Below, piece by piece: positions 11,038 to 22,278 of a stretch of DNA of 64,000 nucleotides. Below the pieces are notes generated by a model, which did no database searches, was not told the origin of the DNA, and saw only the letters and a program-made list of their open reading frames with translations. Source of the stretch: Corallochytrium limacisporum Hawaii (lineage: Eukaryota > Protista > Pluriformea); the NCBI GenBank assembly GCA_002811645.1, contig PDIP01000035.1, positions 1-64,000 on the forward strand. The letters run 5' to 3'. Position numbers and translations under genes: made by a program. Numbering within the stretch: position 1 is the stretch's first letter; each line of letters starts with the position of its first letter.

Positions 11038-12363
11038 TCAGTCCTCTGTCTGAGTTTCCTCATCCGCATCCTCATCCGCTTCGTCTTCCTCATCTTCATC
11101 CTCCTCTTCATTATCGTCATCGCTTGATTCCTCAGCATCATTTTGTACCCATTCTTCTTCTTCGTCTTCTTCACTGCCACTTCGAACTAAGTGAGCAATG
11201 CGAATGAGATTCCCGGCAGAGAAAGGGACGGTAGACCCATCCGGAAGAACCAGAAGGGCCGTCTCGTGCTCATCACCATCGGCATTAGATCCCGCAAGCG
11301 CCCGCTCTTCCTCAATAGCCTCTCGAAGCGCTCGTGCCCTAATCCGCTGACTACGCCTGAGTTGATTTTCATCATCAGTGTTTGGAATCGCCAGATTGAC
11401 ATGAACGTACTCCGGCTGCTCAGCCCGATCCTGGCCCTCGCTTTCACTGTCAGAGTCTCCTACAGCAGTTGGCATGACGGCTGCGAGTCCATTATTGTAG
11501 CTCAGTGCTTCTGCCCACTGTTCTTCGAAGCCGATCCGCAGACAGTCATCGGTAACGTGGGGATCTACGTCCTTGATGACATCCTTGTGGGGCATCTTCC
11601 AGCTGGTCCAAACAGTCCAGCAGCTGTCCAGAATGAAGCCCCAGTTTGATGGATGTCGAAAGACGACCTCAACGGGATATGAATTCACTTGAATAAAGGA
11701 TCCTTTCACACCCCGACGATAGATTGTGCCCTGGACAAAGCGCCAGTGCAAGTCAAACATGGGAATGCTTTCTTCCACTGGGTCCCCGACTAGAACACGC
11801 TCGATCACACCAGTTCGCAAGAACTTGAGCTGGGTGGCCTGACGTCCATTCCACCAAGGGTCATGATCTGTCCAGTCCGTTCCAGCCTGTTTCTTGAAGC
11901 GGAAATTCCAAGTGAAATCGCACAATTCATCGGTACGAATCCAATCCCTTTTACTATCCTTAATTGACCCAAAGTAAGCCTCTTTGGCTCTACCTTCTAC
12001 CTTCATCTTCTTGAACTTCTCGGGCACGTATACTTTGTCGCTCCAGAGTTTCTTGCACAAATTGGACCATAAGTGCTGCGACTCAGCTGAGTTCCTCCAT
12101 AAACGACAAACATGACCTGCTTGGAGCAGATCCTTTCCGTCATCCAAGTGCTCAAAGATCAAAAGCAAAAGATCCGAATTCTGCCGGATCAGATCCATGG
12201 CTGCGGTTGGTACAGGCATTTCGCTTTGCTTAGTATTCTGTCTTTGCACTGATTTCTTCTGTGTCCTATACCTCTTGACAGGAAGGGTTTTGGTGGGTTG
12301 CGCTGCCTTGCGCTTGAGACTGCGATATCGCTTGCTCAGTGGCCTTGCCGTTGACGACCCCAT
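11038..12363 (-). CDS. F-box domain protein with acidic C-terminus
   Basis: F-box-like DLLLLIFEHLD..DLLQAGHVCRLWR; first ATG at 12363. Confidence 0.8.
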   Translation of the reverse strand: MGSSTARPLSKRYRSLKRKAAQPTKTLPVKRYRTQKKSVQRQNTKQSEMPVPTAAMDLIRQNSDLLLLIFEHLDDGKDLLQAGHVCRLWRNSAESQHLWSNLCKKLWSDKVYVPEKFKKMKVEGRAKEAYFGSIKDSKRDWIRTDELCDFTWNFRFKKQAGTDWTDHDPWWNGRQATQLKFLRTGVIERVLVGDPVEESIPMFDLHWRFVQGTIYRRGVKGSFIQVNSYPVEVVFRHPSNWGFILDSCWTVWTSWKMPHKDVIKDVDPHVTDDCLRIGFEEQWAEALSYNNGLAAVMPTAVGDSDSESEGQDRAEQPEYVHVNLAIPNTDDENQLRRSQRIRARALREAIEEERALAGSNADGDEHETALLVLPDGSTVPFSAGNLIRIAHLVRSGSEEDEEEEWVQNDAEESSDDDNEEEDEDEEDEADEDADEETQTED

Positions 12364-13152
12364 TGCTCCAACAGCAACCCAATGGATGCCCCCAACTCTG
12401 AATTCTTTCTGCAGTTCCAGGGCATTCAACAACAATGGGTAATGATTCTTCTACGTTATATATGTACAGAATCCTAAATATCCATCCATGCCTTTCAAGT
12501 CGGTGTGGCTCCGAGTTCCTGATGGATACACCAGCTCTTGCGCCTGCGATACCCTGCCCTGCCTCATCAGCACCAGTGAGGAAAGGGAGGGTGTCTCTAA
12601 GGGTAAGCGATGTGCCTCCCAAATTCCCGTGTTACACACGGCTCAGTTCAAGAAGCGACCTGACAGGCTACTCGAGAAAGTCTCGTGACTGTGGCTTTTT
12701 TCCGTGTAAGGTGACGGGGGGACACTCTCCCGCACCCAATCGCCACAACCCTCTCCCTTCCCCCGCCCATGGCAAGTTTGCTGACTTTCCATACATTCAG
12801 TAGGGGCCTCAGCTAGCAAAAAGAAAGTACACAAATGGGGGGAGAGCAGCGAAGGCGAAAAACAGACGACGAAATTGCCGGAAATTGATTATCACATATT
12901 GATATCTTGGGTACCAACAGAGAAACCCGCCCGCGCTGGCTCCCCTCTGCTCTCCACGCGGGGCCTGACCCCAAAAGGATTGGTTGCTGCTCATGGTGGA
13001 CACCATTGTCAACGAAACCATAACGTACTTAAAGCAACTGGTGTGCAAAAACACACTAGATCAAAAGAAACTAGGCGGATACCCTGTTCATAAGAAATTT
13101 AGGAATGTGAAGATCATGAAGTGTACATGACGGAGGAACAGTCAAAACACAC

Positions 13153-14490
13153 ATGAAGGTCAAGGCCATTAACCGCGTAGGTAATTACTACCAGCGCGAC
13201 TCCATCAATGAATTGCACAGGGTGCATAGAAATGCGGCTCCAGAGCTGCACCCCTTCGAAGAAGCAAGGGAATACAAGCGAGCCACCAATGCAGCCAAGC
13301 TTGAGCGACTGTTTGCGAAGCCGTTCCTTGGTTCGCTGGACGGACACACGGATGGAATTTACTGCATGGCGAAGAATCCCCGTCAACTGAGCTCTTTGGC
13401 GTCTGGTGCATGTGATGGACAAATTCGCATTTGGAATTTGATCGACCGAAAGTGCGAAACTGTCTTTGACCTGGCCCACAAAGGATTCGTTCGGGGTCTC
13501 TGTTTCTCGCCATTGGGAGACATGTTGATATCTGCAGGAGATGACAAGGTGGTCAAGAAATGGAAAATTGACGAAGGAACAGGAAAATGGCCTTTGCATG
13601 CAGATGATATCATCCAGGGCAGTGCACCTTATACGGCTATCGACCACCACAGGTCAAAGGAAGAATTCTCCACGGCTGGTTTCGGTGTGCAGGTCTGGGA
13701 TCACCATCGCAGTGACCCAATTCAGACATATGACTGGGGTCATGATACAGTCTATAGCGTGCGCTACAACTTGGTTCAAACGAACATTTTAGCTAGTACA
13801 GGAGGCGATCGGGCAATAGCATTGTATGACACACGAGTTTCCAGTGCGCTTCAGAAGGTTACTCTTGCAATGAGACCGAATGCGATCTGCTGGAATCCCA
13901 TGGAAGCCTTTAACTTTACGGCGGCTTGTGAAGATCACAATCTGTACACGTTTGATATGCGCAAGCTTGACATGGCATTGAATGTACATAAGGATCATGT
14001 TAGTAGTGTATTGGATGTTGATTATAGTCCAACGGGACGCGAATTCGTTTCTGGTAGCTATGACCGCACCATTCGTATTTTCAAGGTGAACGAGGGACAC
14101 AGTCGGGAGATTTACCACACACGGCGCATGCAGCGTCTGTTTAGTGTGAAGTGGAGTTTGGACAACAAGTTTATTCTATCTGGTTCTGAGGAGACCAACA
14201 TTCGCATCTGGAAAGCAAACGCGTCAGAGAAGCTCGGCACTCTGAGACCACGTGAGGCACGGGCTCTGGAATACAATAACCAACTGAAGGAACGATACAA
14301 GAATCATCGTCAAGTCAAGCGAGTTCTCAAAGATCGCAAGGTTCCTAAACCTATTCATAAGGCCAACAAGATCAAACGAGTCATGACTAATGCGGAGCAG
14401 AGGAAGGAAAACAATCGGAGGAAACACAGTAAACATGATGCGCCCCGTATTCCCGAGCGCAAAAAGCACGTCCGTTCAACAGCAGAGTAA
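13153..14490 (+). CDS. DCAF13: SSU processome WD40 protein Sof1/DCAF13
   Basis: HPFE.AREY.RA.NAAKLERLFAKPF, WD40 repeats, SREIYHTRRMQ, basic Sof1 tail. Confidence 0.97.
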   Translation: MKVKAINRVGNYYQRDSINELHRVHRNAAPELHPFEEAREYKRATNAAKLERLFAKPFLGSLDGHTDGIYCMAKNPRQLSSLASGACDGQIRIWNLIDRKCETVFDLAHKGFVRGLCFSPLGDMLISAGDDKVVKKWKIDEGTGKWPLHADDIIQGSAPYTAIDHHRSKEEFSTAGFGVQVWDHHRSDPIQTYDWGHDTVYSVRYNLVQTNILASTGGDRAIALYDTRVSSALQKVTLAMRPNAICWNPMEAFNFTAACEDHNLYTFDMRKLDMALNVHKDHVSSVLDVDYSPTGREFVSGSYDRTIRIFKVNEGHSREIYHTRRMQRLFSVKWSLDNKFILSGSEETNIRIWKANASEKLGTLRPREARALEYNNQLKERYKNHRQVKRVLKDRKVPKPIHKANKIKRVMTNAEQRKENNRRKHSKHDAPRIPERKKHVRSTAE

Positions 14491-14527
14491 TAGATAGCAT
14501 ACACATGATGGAATAGTAGACTGTATA

Positions 14528-15709
14528 TTACTGCTTCAACGCAACATCACGACGTTTCTGTACGCTACCAGCAAGCTCTTGCAGCATGGGGATCGTCTGT
14601 TCGAAGCTGACGCAGGCGTCCGTAATCGATACACCGTGCTTCAAGCTCTTCGGACCTTCTTTCGGTAGATCCTGGCGGCCCTCATTAATGTTTGACTCAA
14701 TCATAACACCTTTCACCGAGAAACTGCCATCCGCAACCTGTAGAGCAATCTCGTGAGTGACAACAGGCTGGTTCTTGTGCAACTTGCGACTATTTCCGTG
14801 GCTGCAATCGATGATAATGTTGTGCGGGAGGCCAACCTTGGTAAGTCTCTCCTCCACAGCCCGAACATGCGTACGCTCATAATTGGGACCATCAGATCCA
14901 CCCCGGAGAATGACATGACAGTACGGATTGCCGTTCGTACACACAATGGCAGCAAGTCCCTGCTTGGTAACAGATAGGAAATGATGGGGGTTCTTGGCAG
15001 AACGGATCGCATCGATGGCGATCTGAACATCACCGCTGGTACCATTCTTGAATCCGACAGGGCAAGAAAGCCCAGAGGACAACTCACGGTGGACCTGGGA
15101 TTCAGTAGTACGAGCACCAATAGCACCCCAAGTAACCAAATCAGCGATGTACTGTGGTGTGATCACATCAAGGAATTCCACGCCGCAGGGGATACCCATT
15201 TCGTTGATCTGAAGCAAAAGTTTACGTGCTTTACGCAGGCCCTTATTGATCTGGAAAGTACCAGTGAGATCAGGATCGTTTATGAGGCCCTTCCATCCCA
15301 CTGTGGTCCGGGGCTTCTCGAAGTACACCCGCATGATGATGTGCAAGTCGTTGGATGTCTCCTGCTGAATCTTCTTCAGTTGTTGAGCGTACTCAATAGC
15401 AGCCTCAGGGTCGTGAATGGAGCACGGACCCACAATAACGATGAGACGATCATCTCCACCATCCAGAATCTTCTGCGCAGCCAAACGCCCTTCTTTGACA
15501 GTGCGCAAAGCTTCCGCAGAGAGAGGGATGTCCTCCATAAGAATAGCTGGAGGAATCAAGGGTTTGATCTCCTCAATACGCTGGTCATCAGCCTCGTTCA
15601 GAGTCACCCAGCGCTTCTTGCTGGCAGGGCTCATCACATCAATTTCGGCCAGAGGCCTCTTAAGGCTATCTCTAGTAGTCATTCCGTTGGGATTCGTAGT
15701 GGGACTCAT
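14528..15709 (-). CDS. Class I DAHP synthase (AroG/Aro3/Aro4 family)
   Basis: GPCSIHD, MRVYFEKPRTTVGWKG, GAIGARTTESQVHRE, DCSHGNS, SITDAC; first ATG at 15709. Confidence 0.96.
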   Translation of the reverse strand: MSPTTNPNGMTTRDSLKRPLAEIDVMSPASKKRWVTLNEADDQRIEEIKPLIPPAILMEDIPLSAEALRTVKEGRLAAQKILDGGDDRLIVIVGPCSIHDPEAAIEYAQQLKKIQQETSNDLHIIMRVYFEKPRTTVGWKGLINDPDLTGTFQINKGLRKARKLLLQINEMGIPCGVEFLDVITPQYIADLVTWGAIGARTTESQVHRELSSGLSCPVGFKNGTSGDVQIAIDAIRSAKNPHHFLSVTKQGLAAIVCTNGNPYCHVILRGGSDGPNYERTHVRAVEERLTKVGLPHNIIIDCSHGNSRKLHKNQPVVTHEIALQVADGSFSVKGVMIESNINEGRQDLPKEGPKSLKHGVSITDACVSFEQTIPMLQELAGSVQKRRDVALKQ

Positions 15710-15770
15710 TTCCGTGATCTGCCACCTAATTCCAACCTTGGGGTTTCTGAAGTTCACACACCCTCGTCAT

Positions 15771-15877
15771 TGTTTACCTGCACCTTTCCACCCGCAAACT
15801 ACCTTCACAGGGAGACTGGATTCGTGGTTTCGAATCGATTCAGTTTGTTTACAGGAACCGTGGCAACTTTTGTTTAC
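15771..15877 (-). promoter_or_regulatory. Cluster of three Forkhead-type motifs (GTAAACA) upstream of DAHP synthase
   Basis: TGTTTAC at 15771, 15846 and 15871, all in the same orientation. Confidence 0.4.
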
Positions 15878-16637
15878 TTCTGGACGCGAAACTTGTTCCG
15901 GTGGCGCTGTCAAAAACTTTCCAGTTCTTGGTGGCCCGTCACCACCATCTGCCTGGCCTGCCCATGGCTACCCATGCAAGTGTCTTCTCTTCATCGACCA
16001 GAAGGGTTCATTCAGTACTGTGTGTGTCCAGATCCACCACCTCGCCAACGACAGAGGTACCTGCTGTCGGCTGGCTGGCCCGTGGTTTCATGTGAAAGGC
16101 CGCTGCGACGGCGGAGCATTTGAGCACAGCTTGTTTGACTTTTCTGAGAGGAAATCTATAGTGAAGCAAGGGATTTGCGTACTGTCAAATGCAACACGCG
16201 GTGCGCTGCTTGTTTGATCGGTACGACGGGTGGCATTTTTCGGTACTGCAGCACTCCTCACCCGGAATGGGCAGGAAGGCAGAACAGGCAAATATCGTAG
16301 TGCTTCCGTGTGTCAGCAACCGAATCACTGCGAACTTTCGCAGGTTTCTCCTGCGGTCGGGTGGTCGAGAGTGATGAATTTTATTTGCGGTATAATTGAT
16401 CGATATTATTGATATATATATATATATCACATGGCCGGCACCAGTGGCAGTGAGGGAAGTATTGAGAAAGGTCGCCACCCCTCCCCCCGGCAAGGCTCCC
16501 TCCTCCCAGACTCTGCGCGTCAAGCACTGTCAACGACTGCTCCCGGCTGAACAAGGAGTTACAAGAAAACTATTTCCAGGGCATGCACCATACTAATTGT
16601 CTGTTGATCGGCCTAGTTGCTTAGAAGAAATAACGGA

Positions 16638-17006
16638 ATGTCGGGCAAAGCAGCAGCAGAAGGCGTCTTCCGTCAGCTCTTGCGGGCGGCAGAGTGCTGG
16701 CCAAAAGACGAGGCCCGTGCCGGGCGGGATTTTGGAAAGTATCTTTACACCACCCTGCAGGCACAGATCAATGATGGTAGCCTAAGCGAATCAGTCGCAT
16801 ATGAGAAACTGAATGCCATTAACAAGCTGACCAGTGATGTTTACAAGAAACAATTTGCCCGGGAACGTCCCGACGATACGGAAAAAGCAGACAAGATCCG
16901 GACTGTTCTGTCCACGGAATCGCAAGCGATCTTCCACGACGACCGCAGCCAGGTCAAGAAAGCCTTGGATGCTTATTTCAAAGAGAAGGAAGCCAACAGC
17001 AAGTAA
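16638..17006 (+). CDS. UQCC2: Complex III assembly factor UQCC2/Cbp6-like
   Basis: FRQLLRAAECWPKDEARAGRDFG resembles the recalled UQCC2 N-terminus (WPVDETKRGRDLG); ATG at 16638. Confidence 0.8.
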   Translation: MSGKAAAEGVFRQLLRAAECWPKDEARAGRDFGKYLYTTLQAQINDGSLSESVAYEKLNAINKLTSDVYKKQFARERPDDTEKADKIRTVLSTESQAIFHDDRSQVKKALDAYFKEKEANSK

Positions 17007-17035
17007 GCCGGGCTGGCTTTATTGTGCCATCAATC

Positions 17036-17460
<425 letters not shown>

Positions 17461-17878
17461 CTAGTGCTAATCTTTCTAGTCCTTGTGACTGCCACATCCT
17501 TAATCTGAGGAGAGGCAAAGAGTATCCTTAGTGACGGAGATCGAAACGAGCACAAGCACTGGATCGAAGTGAGGTTTTGGTGCTAGAGAAATTTCTTTCG
17601 TAGTTTTTTTTCTTAATTTCCTGTATTTGTTTTCCTGTGCTGCACCTTGCGATTCTGAAAATGACCCCCCCCCCTTCCCCTTGGACCTTGTCTGTTGAGT
17701 ATTGAGGGACTACCCGTCGCTGCTTTAAGCAGAGCCGACTTTCCGGATCTGCCGGATGTTTAAGGCGGTATTGATTGCAACACAGTTTCACGTGTAAGGC
17801 GTGCGGATGACCGGAACTCATTCGCTGGACGTCTACACAGGATTTGTTTCTAGACGGAAGTCCATACATATCATCCGT

Positions 17879-18550
17879 TCATGCCAGGTTGTGCTCCTTC
17901 AACACCTTGGTCACCTCCACAAAGACCTCGTCAGGGGACGGGACGGAGGAGATATTGTGCACAATGCCCTTTTCCTTGAAGACATTAACGATCGGGAGAG
18001 AGTCGTTGACGAAGGTGCGATAGCGCTTCCGCCATGATTCTACGTTGTCATCTGTCCGGCCACTAGTCTCGCCACGCTTCAAGGCCCGCTCCAAGCAAGT
18101 TTCTTCGGGGCAGTCGAAGAAGAGGACAGCCTCGACGTTCGCTGCATCTCCCATCACTTTATACCAACCGTCCAGGTTGTCGTTATTGCGAGGAAAGCCG
18201 TCGATCAGGAACTTGCTCTTGTCACTGGCCTCCATGGCGTTCTTCAGAAGTTGCACAGTGATTTCGACAGGTACGATCTTGCCCTCTTTGATGTACTCAT
18301 CAATCAACTGTCCATTCTTGGAGGTTGGATCTGCGCGCTCAGCCCGCAGCAGATCACCCGCAGACAGGTGAACAAAATCAAATTCCGAGACCATACGCTC
18401 ACACTGAGTGCCTTTACCGGCACCAGGGCCACCGAGCACAAAAATTACCTTATTGTCTGCCATGTTGTGAAGAAAAGCTCTCGTAATCCAGGGAGTTCTC
18501 CGCACGACTTGAAACGATTTGACGGCGGTGGGACGAAGCAATGAGAACAT
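17879..18550 (-). CDS. CMPK1: UMP-CMP kinase (adenylate kinase family)
   Basis: VLGGPGAGKGTQC, HLSAGDLLRAE, FLIDGFPRN, GRTDDN; ATGs at 18550 and 18463. Confidence 0.93.
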   Translation of the reverse strand: MFSLLRPTAVKSFQVVRRTPWITRAFLHNMADNKVIFVLGGPGAGKGTQCERMVSEFDFVHLSAGDLLRAERADPTSKNGQLIDEYIKEGKIVPVEITVQLLKNAMEASDKSKFLIDGFPRNNDNLDGWYKVMGDAANVEAVLFFDCPEETCLERALKRGETSGRTDDNVESWRKRYRTFVNDSLPIVNVFKEKGIVHNISSVPSPDEVFVEVTKVLKEHNLA

Positions 18551-19116
18551 ATAACAGTGTAGTTTCAATGCCAGGTTGCTATACCTAGAATTGACTCTGC
18601 AGTGTCATACACCTGTTCTAGTCCCACATCGTGCTCCTTTGGTGCCATGTATACCCTTGCTGTATCTGTGTCCTCGAATGACTCCGGTAGTTCCACCTAG
18701 TTCACCAAATCGATCATACAGTCGCCATCCCACCTTTCGTTGACAACCCCAAACAATCTCAATATTTCTTACATTTTCAACCCAAGTCTGGAGAAACCCT
18801 TCGTTCCCCGCGACCAAAAACAAATGAACATAAGGAGAAGTTGGGAACTCGTGTTTCCACCGAAGGCGAAAACAGATCGCCTCCTGCTTGTTTCACCGTT
18901 CAAGAGTAGAGTGTCGGCGAGCCCGACTGGGAAAATGGACTCCCAACTCCGCGGTTCCGGGCAGCTGCGTGTGGCTCTGCGGCGGGTCGTGGGTCGGGTC
19001 TCATCTCATTCGCGCAAGTGGCACGCAGGGTAAAGACCTGCGGGTACTTGAGTTGGAGTTTAACGTAAAATAGCGAACAGCAGAGTCTGCTGTCATGTTC
19101 AATACATTCGGTTACG

Positions 19117-20121
19117 ATGGTTAGTTTAAAGTTTGGAGACGTTGATAATACGGAGGTTGTTCGTGTTGTGCGGAACAACCGCATCAGGCTTGACCTGGAC
19201 CGCGGAAGCACGGGGAATCGTCGGGCTGAGGAGAATCCAGAAGCGGAGGAAAGCGTAGACCCTGAAACCTCAAGAAAATTCTTCCCTATTTTGGGAGATC
19301 GGCCAGTGGCACTTCTTAGTGAGTTACTGCAGGAGGTGGACTTAAACTCAACAGATAGACCCGTGGAGGCCCGCAATATCTTGCAGGAAATCCAAGAGTC
19401 GGGCAACGAGTCACCAATCTTGTTGGTCAATGCAACAAGAGCATCTGGTGGAAAACTGTCGCCAGATCTTGAAGAAAAAGACTCAGAAGCTTTTGAAGCG
19501 CAGAAAACGGTATTGATTCAGACCATTATGATGGACATGGATGGTGCCACGGAGGATCTCTTTGGTTCTGATCTGGCAGTGTTCTCCACGACTTCCCGGT
19601 TCGATAAGACTCTGAATCGTTACCGTGGAACTTTTCCACACGATTTCTTTCTTCCCCTGAATTATCCTCGTGAACAAGAAGGTGTTGCGATCTCGGAAAT
19701 TTGGGACATCATCAAGTCGCCAACGGGTCTGAAGGCGGTGGACCAGATCAAGGAATACTTGGCTTATTGTAATCGGCCTCTGAATTGGAAGTTGTACATG
19801 ACCATGAATCTAGAATTCCTTGGCCTCAAACAATACTTCCATGGCCTGAAGGGTCAGAAAAATGAGGAAGGTAGTGGCCCGAACAATATTTCTGCCCCAG
19901 AACTCCCAGAGTTGATTACGGAAGATGATGAGATCGATGACACATTCGGAATGAAGCTGAACGTCCTTGACCAGATTCTTGCTATGATAATGGAGCGTAC
20001 CGATCTTGCTGAACCCAGTGAGAGTCTCAGTGCTGAGCAGGAATTCGAACGTATCGGCCATCTCCACTTGTCTCTGCGCAATACCTGGCTTGAGGAATTC
20101 GGATCGTTGCCATCCCCATAG
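19117..20121 (+). CDS. Hypothetical protein (334 aa)
   Basis: Long ATG-initiated ORF with coding-like composition; no family recognised. Confidence 0.7.
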   Translation: MVSLKFGDVDNTEVVRVVRNNRIRLDLDRGSTGNRRAEENPEAEESVDPETSRKFFPILGDRPVALLSELLQEVDLNSTDRPVEARNILQEIQESGNESPILLVNATRASGGKLSPDLEEKDSEAFEAQKTVLIQTIMMDMDGATEDLFGSDLAVFSTTSRFDKTLNRYRGTFPHDFFLPLNYPREQEGVAISEIWDIIKSPTGLKAVDQIKEYLAYCNRPLNWKLYMTMNLEFLGLKQYFHGLKGQKNEEGSGPNNISAPELPELITEDDEIDDTFGMKLNVLDQILAMIMERTDLAEPSESLSAEQEFERIGHLHLSLRNTWLEEFGSLPSP

Positions 20122-20584
20122 CAGACTACGCAACCGGAACACCCATCTAACCGGGAAATTAATCAATAATCACACTGCAAACATTAAAGAAACTCAGTCC
20201 AAAACACCATTGTCTCCGCCCCACCCCTTTCTTAGTACTTTACCCATATTTCTTACCCGTGTTCATCCGGCTCCCTCCCTCTCCCAAGCGGCGGTCGTTA
20301 ACACCTTTCGTACCCATTAAGTGCGTCTTGCGGGAGGGCGTGCCACATCACTGTTTCAGACGAAGATGCGCCCCACCCCCCCGGGTCACTACACCGGACT
20401 TTAGGTGAGCGCCAAGAGTGACGTTGCAGGGTCCATCGCTACGACACAGCTTAGTTTGACACTTTTGTATGTAAGGACAAAGCCATATTTGTAGGTACTT
20501 GACTATTGTGAATGATCGGACTATATTGTCTGAATTTGATATTTCCATCGGGCAAGAATCCGATAGCGACGGAGGAGCATAACA

Positions 20585-21601
20585 ATGCGGGTTTGGATTG
20601 GAATTGCCGTTGGCTGTGCAGTCTTTACGACAGCAACAGAAGCTGGCTTCTTTAATGGCGGCAACAAGAAGCGAGACGCTGTGCTTCTGAAGGATGTCGA
20701 AACAATTACAATGTACAAAGGACGGGAAACTGCTCACCGCCGGGTCAGCGCTGTTCCGCAACTGAACTGCATCGAGGGAGACGGCTGTGGATACGATGAA
20801 TACGAGCCACGGACTGTGCAATGCGTCAATGCGGGGTTTGATGGCAAGGATGTCCAGTGGAAGTGCACTGCTGAACTAGATCGGGACGTCAAGTTTGGTT
20901 TCACAGATGTGTATTGTGAGGGCTACGACGACCCAGATGACCCATACGTTCTGAAGAATTCCTGTGGGCTCGAGTATTCCCTGTACCTCACTCCTCAGGG
21001 CAAAGCTAGGAATCGAAACAGAAGTTCGTGGTTCGGCAGGAGTAATAGCCACGATAGTGGATACAATAAGGGACATCAGCAGAGCTCCGGTGGCTACTGG
21101 TTGAACTGGATCTTCATAATTGGACTTGCATGGATCATCTGGAAGACTGTCCTGTACCCAACCCCCTCAAGAGATCCTTCCATGCGCGGTGGTTCTGGCT
21201 TTACGCCGGGCGGTGGAGGTGGCCCTGGCGGTGGTGGAGGTCCTCCTCCAGGTTATCCTGGCGGCGGAAATGATAACTGCGGATCGCAAGGATCGTACAG
21301 CAATATGGGACCCGGTGTTGGCTCTGGAGCTGGTGCAGGAGGCGGCACGGGCGGCGGATGGTTTGGCCCGGCCATGGCTGGTGGTATACTAGGTTATCTG
21401 TTAGGTGGTGGTGGAGGATGGGGACGGAGGCGCAACTATGGCTACGGTGGTTACGCGCCCGGATACCGCCCAGGCTACAATAGAGGAGTCTACCGCGGTA
21501 CCGGAGGCTTCGGAGGCCGTTCCGCCTTCGGCGGAGGAGGATCCAGCTTCGGCGGCGGCACCTCATCGTCATCGTCCTTCGGTGGTACCCGTCGGCGTTA
21601 G
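20585..21601 (+). CDS. SARAF: Store-operated calcium entry-associated regulatory factor (TMEM66)
   Basis: Signal peptide, RRVSAVPQLNC, VQC.N.GFDG.DVQWKC, CEGYDDPDDPYVLK.SCGLEY, one TM segment, Gly-rich tail ending GGTRRR. Confidence 0.95.
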   Translation: MRVWIGIAVGCAVFTTATEAGFFNGGNKKRDAVLLKDVETITMYKGRETAHRRVSAVPQLNCIEGDGCGYDEYEPRTVQCVNAGFDGKDVQWKCTAELDRDVKFGFTDVYCEGYDDPDDPYVLKNSCGLEYSLYLTPQGKARNRNRSSWFGRSNSHDSGYNKGHQQSSGGYWLNWIFIIGLAWIIWKTVLYPTPSRDPSMRGGSGFTPGGGGGPGGGGGPPPGYPGGGNDNCGSQGSYSNMGPGVGSGAGAGGGTGGGWFGPAMAGGILGYLLGGGGGWGRRRNYGYGGYAPGYRPGYNRGVYRGTGGFGGRSAFGGGGSSFGGGTSSSSSFGGTRRR

Positions 21602-21870
21602 GAGCTAAATAGAAGTATCAGAAGACTCTTTTGTCTGCGATTTCGCGGCCCTTTGTGGGGCTCGCGTAGAACTGTTAAATTCTATAATTGATATTTAAAA
21701 CTATGTTGAAAATGTTGATGATGCCAAAGATATGCTAGGTAAGAGTATGGAAGAATGTGTTCCGATGGAAATGTTATGATTTCTTCATGCAAACTGCCGT
21801 ATCTAAATCGGGACGGGAACGTGGAAGTGCTCCCGTTGAACCCGTCATTTGAGAAGTATTGTTTTTTCAT

Positions 21871-22278
21871 TTAGAAGCGGAGCTTGTTGAAGAACCACTT
21901 GTTCTTTCCGGACTTGAAACGCTCTTCCAGGATCTTCTTGGCCTCCTTGCGGGCAGCCAGACGGCTGGGCTTGTCCTTCAGGACCTCCTTGGTGATGACA
22001 GACTTCAGGTCCACATCGATGGCGTAGCGGGTGGGCAAAACGTGGTTGTAGTTGACGCACTTAATGAAAGGCTTGACCCGAGCACGCTTGGCCTGCAGTT
22101 CCTTACCCATGCGCTTGGTGACCTTCAGAGGAGCACGCTCAATGCCCACAACCAGGGCGTGAGGGAAGGGGCGCTTGTTGTCACCATCGTCGTACTGCTT
22201 AACAATCACAGCCTTCTTACCGGCGTACTTACCGTTCAGGACGATAACGACCTTGCCGGGCTTCATGAACTTCACCAT
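21871..22278 (-). CDS. RPL27: 60S ribosomal protein eL27
   Basis: [27 protein letters not shown]...[12 protein letters not shown]. Confidence 0.98.
   Translation of the reverse strand: MVKFMKPGKVVIVLNGKYAGKKAVIVKQYDDGDNKRPFPHALVVGIERAPLKVTKRMGKELQAKRARVKPFIKCVNYNHVLPTRYAIDVDLKSVITKEVLKDKPSRLAARKEAKKILEERFKSGKNKWFFNKLRF

Noticed and set aside
14981-16217. Long plus-strand ORFs (380 and 266 aa)
   Set aside because: Antisense shadows of DAHP synthase and its promoter; no recognisable domain.
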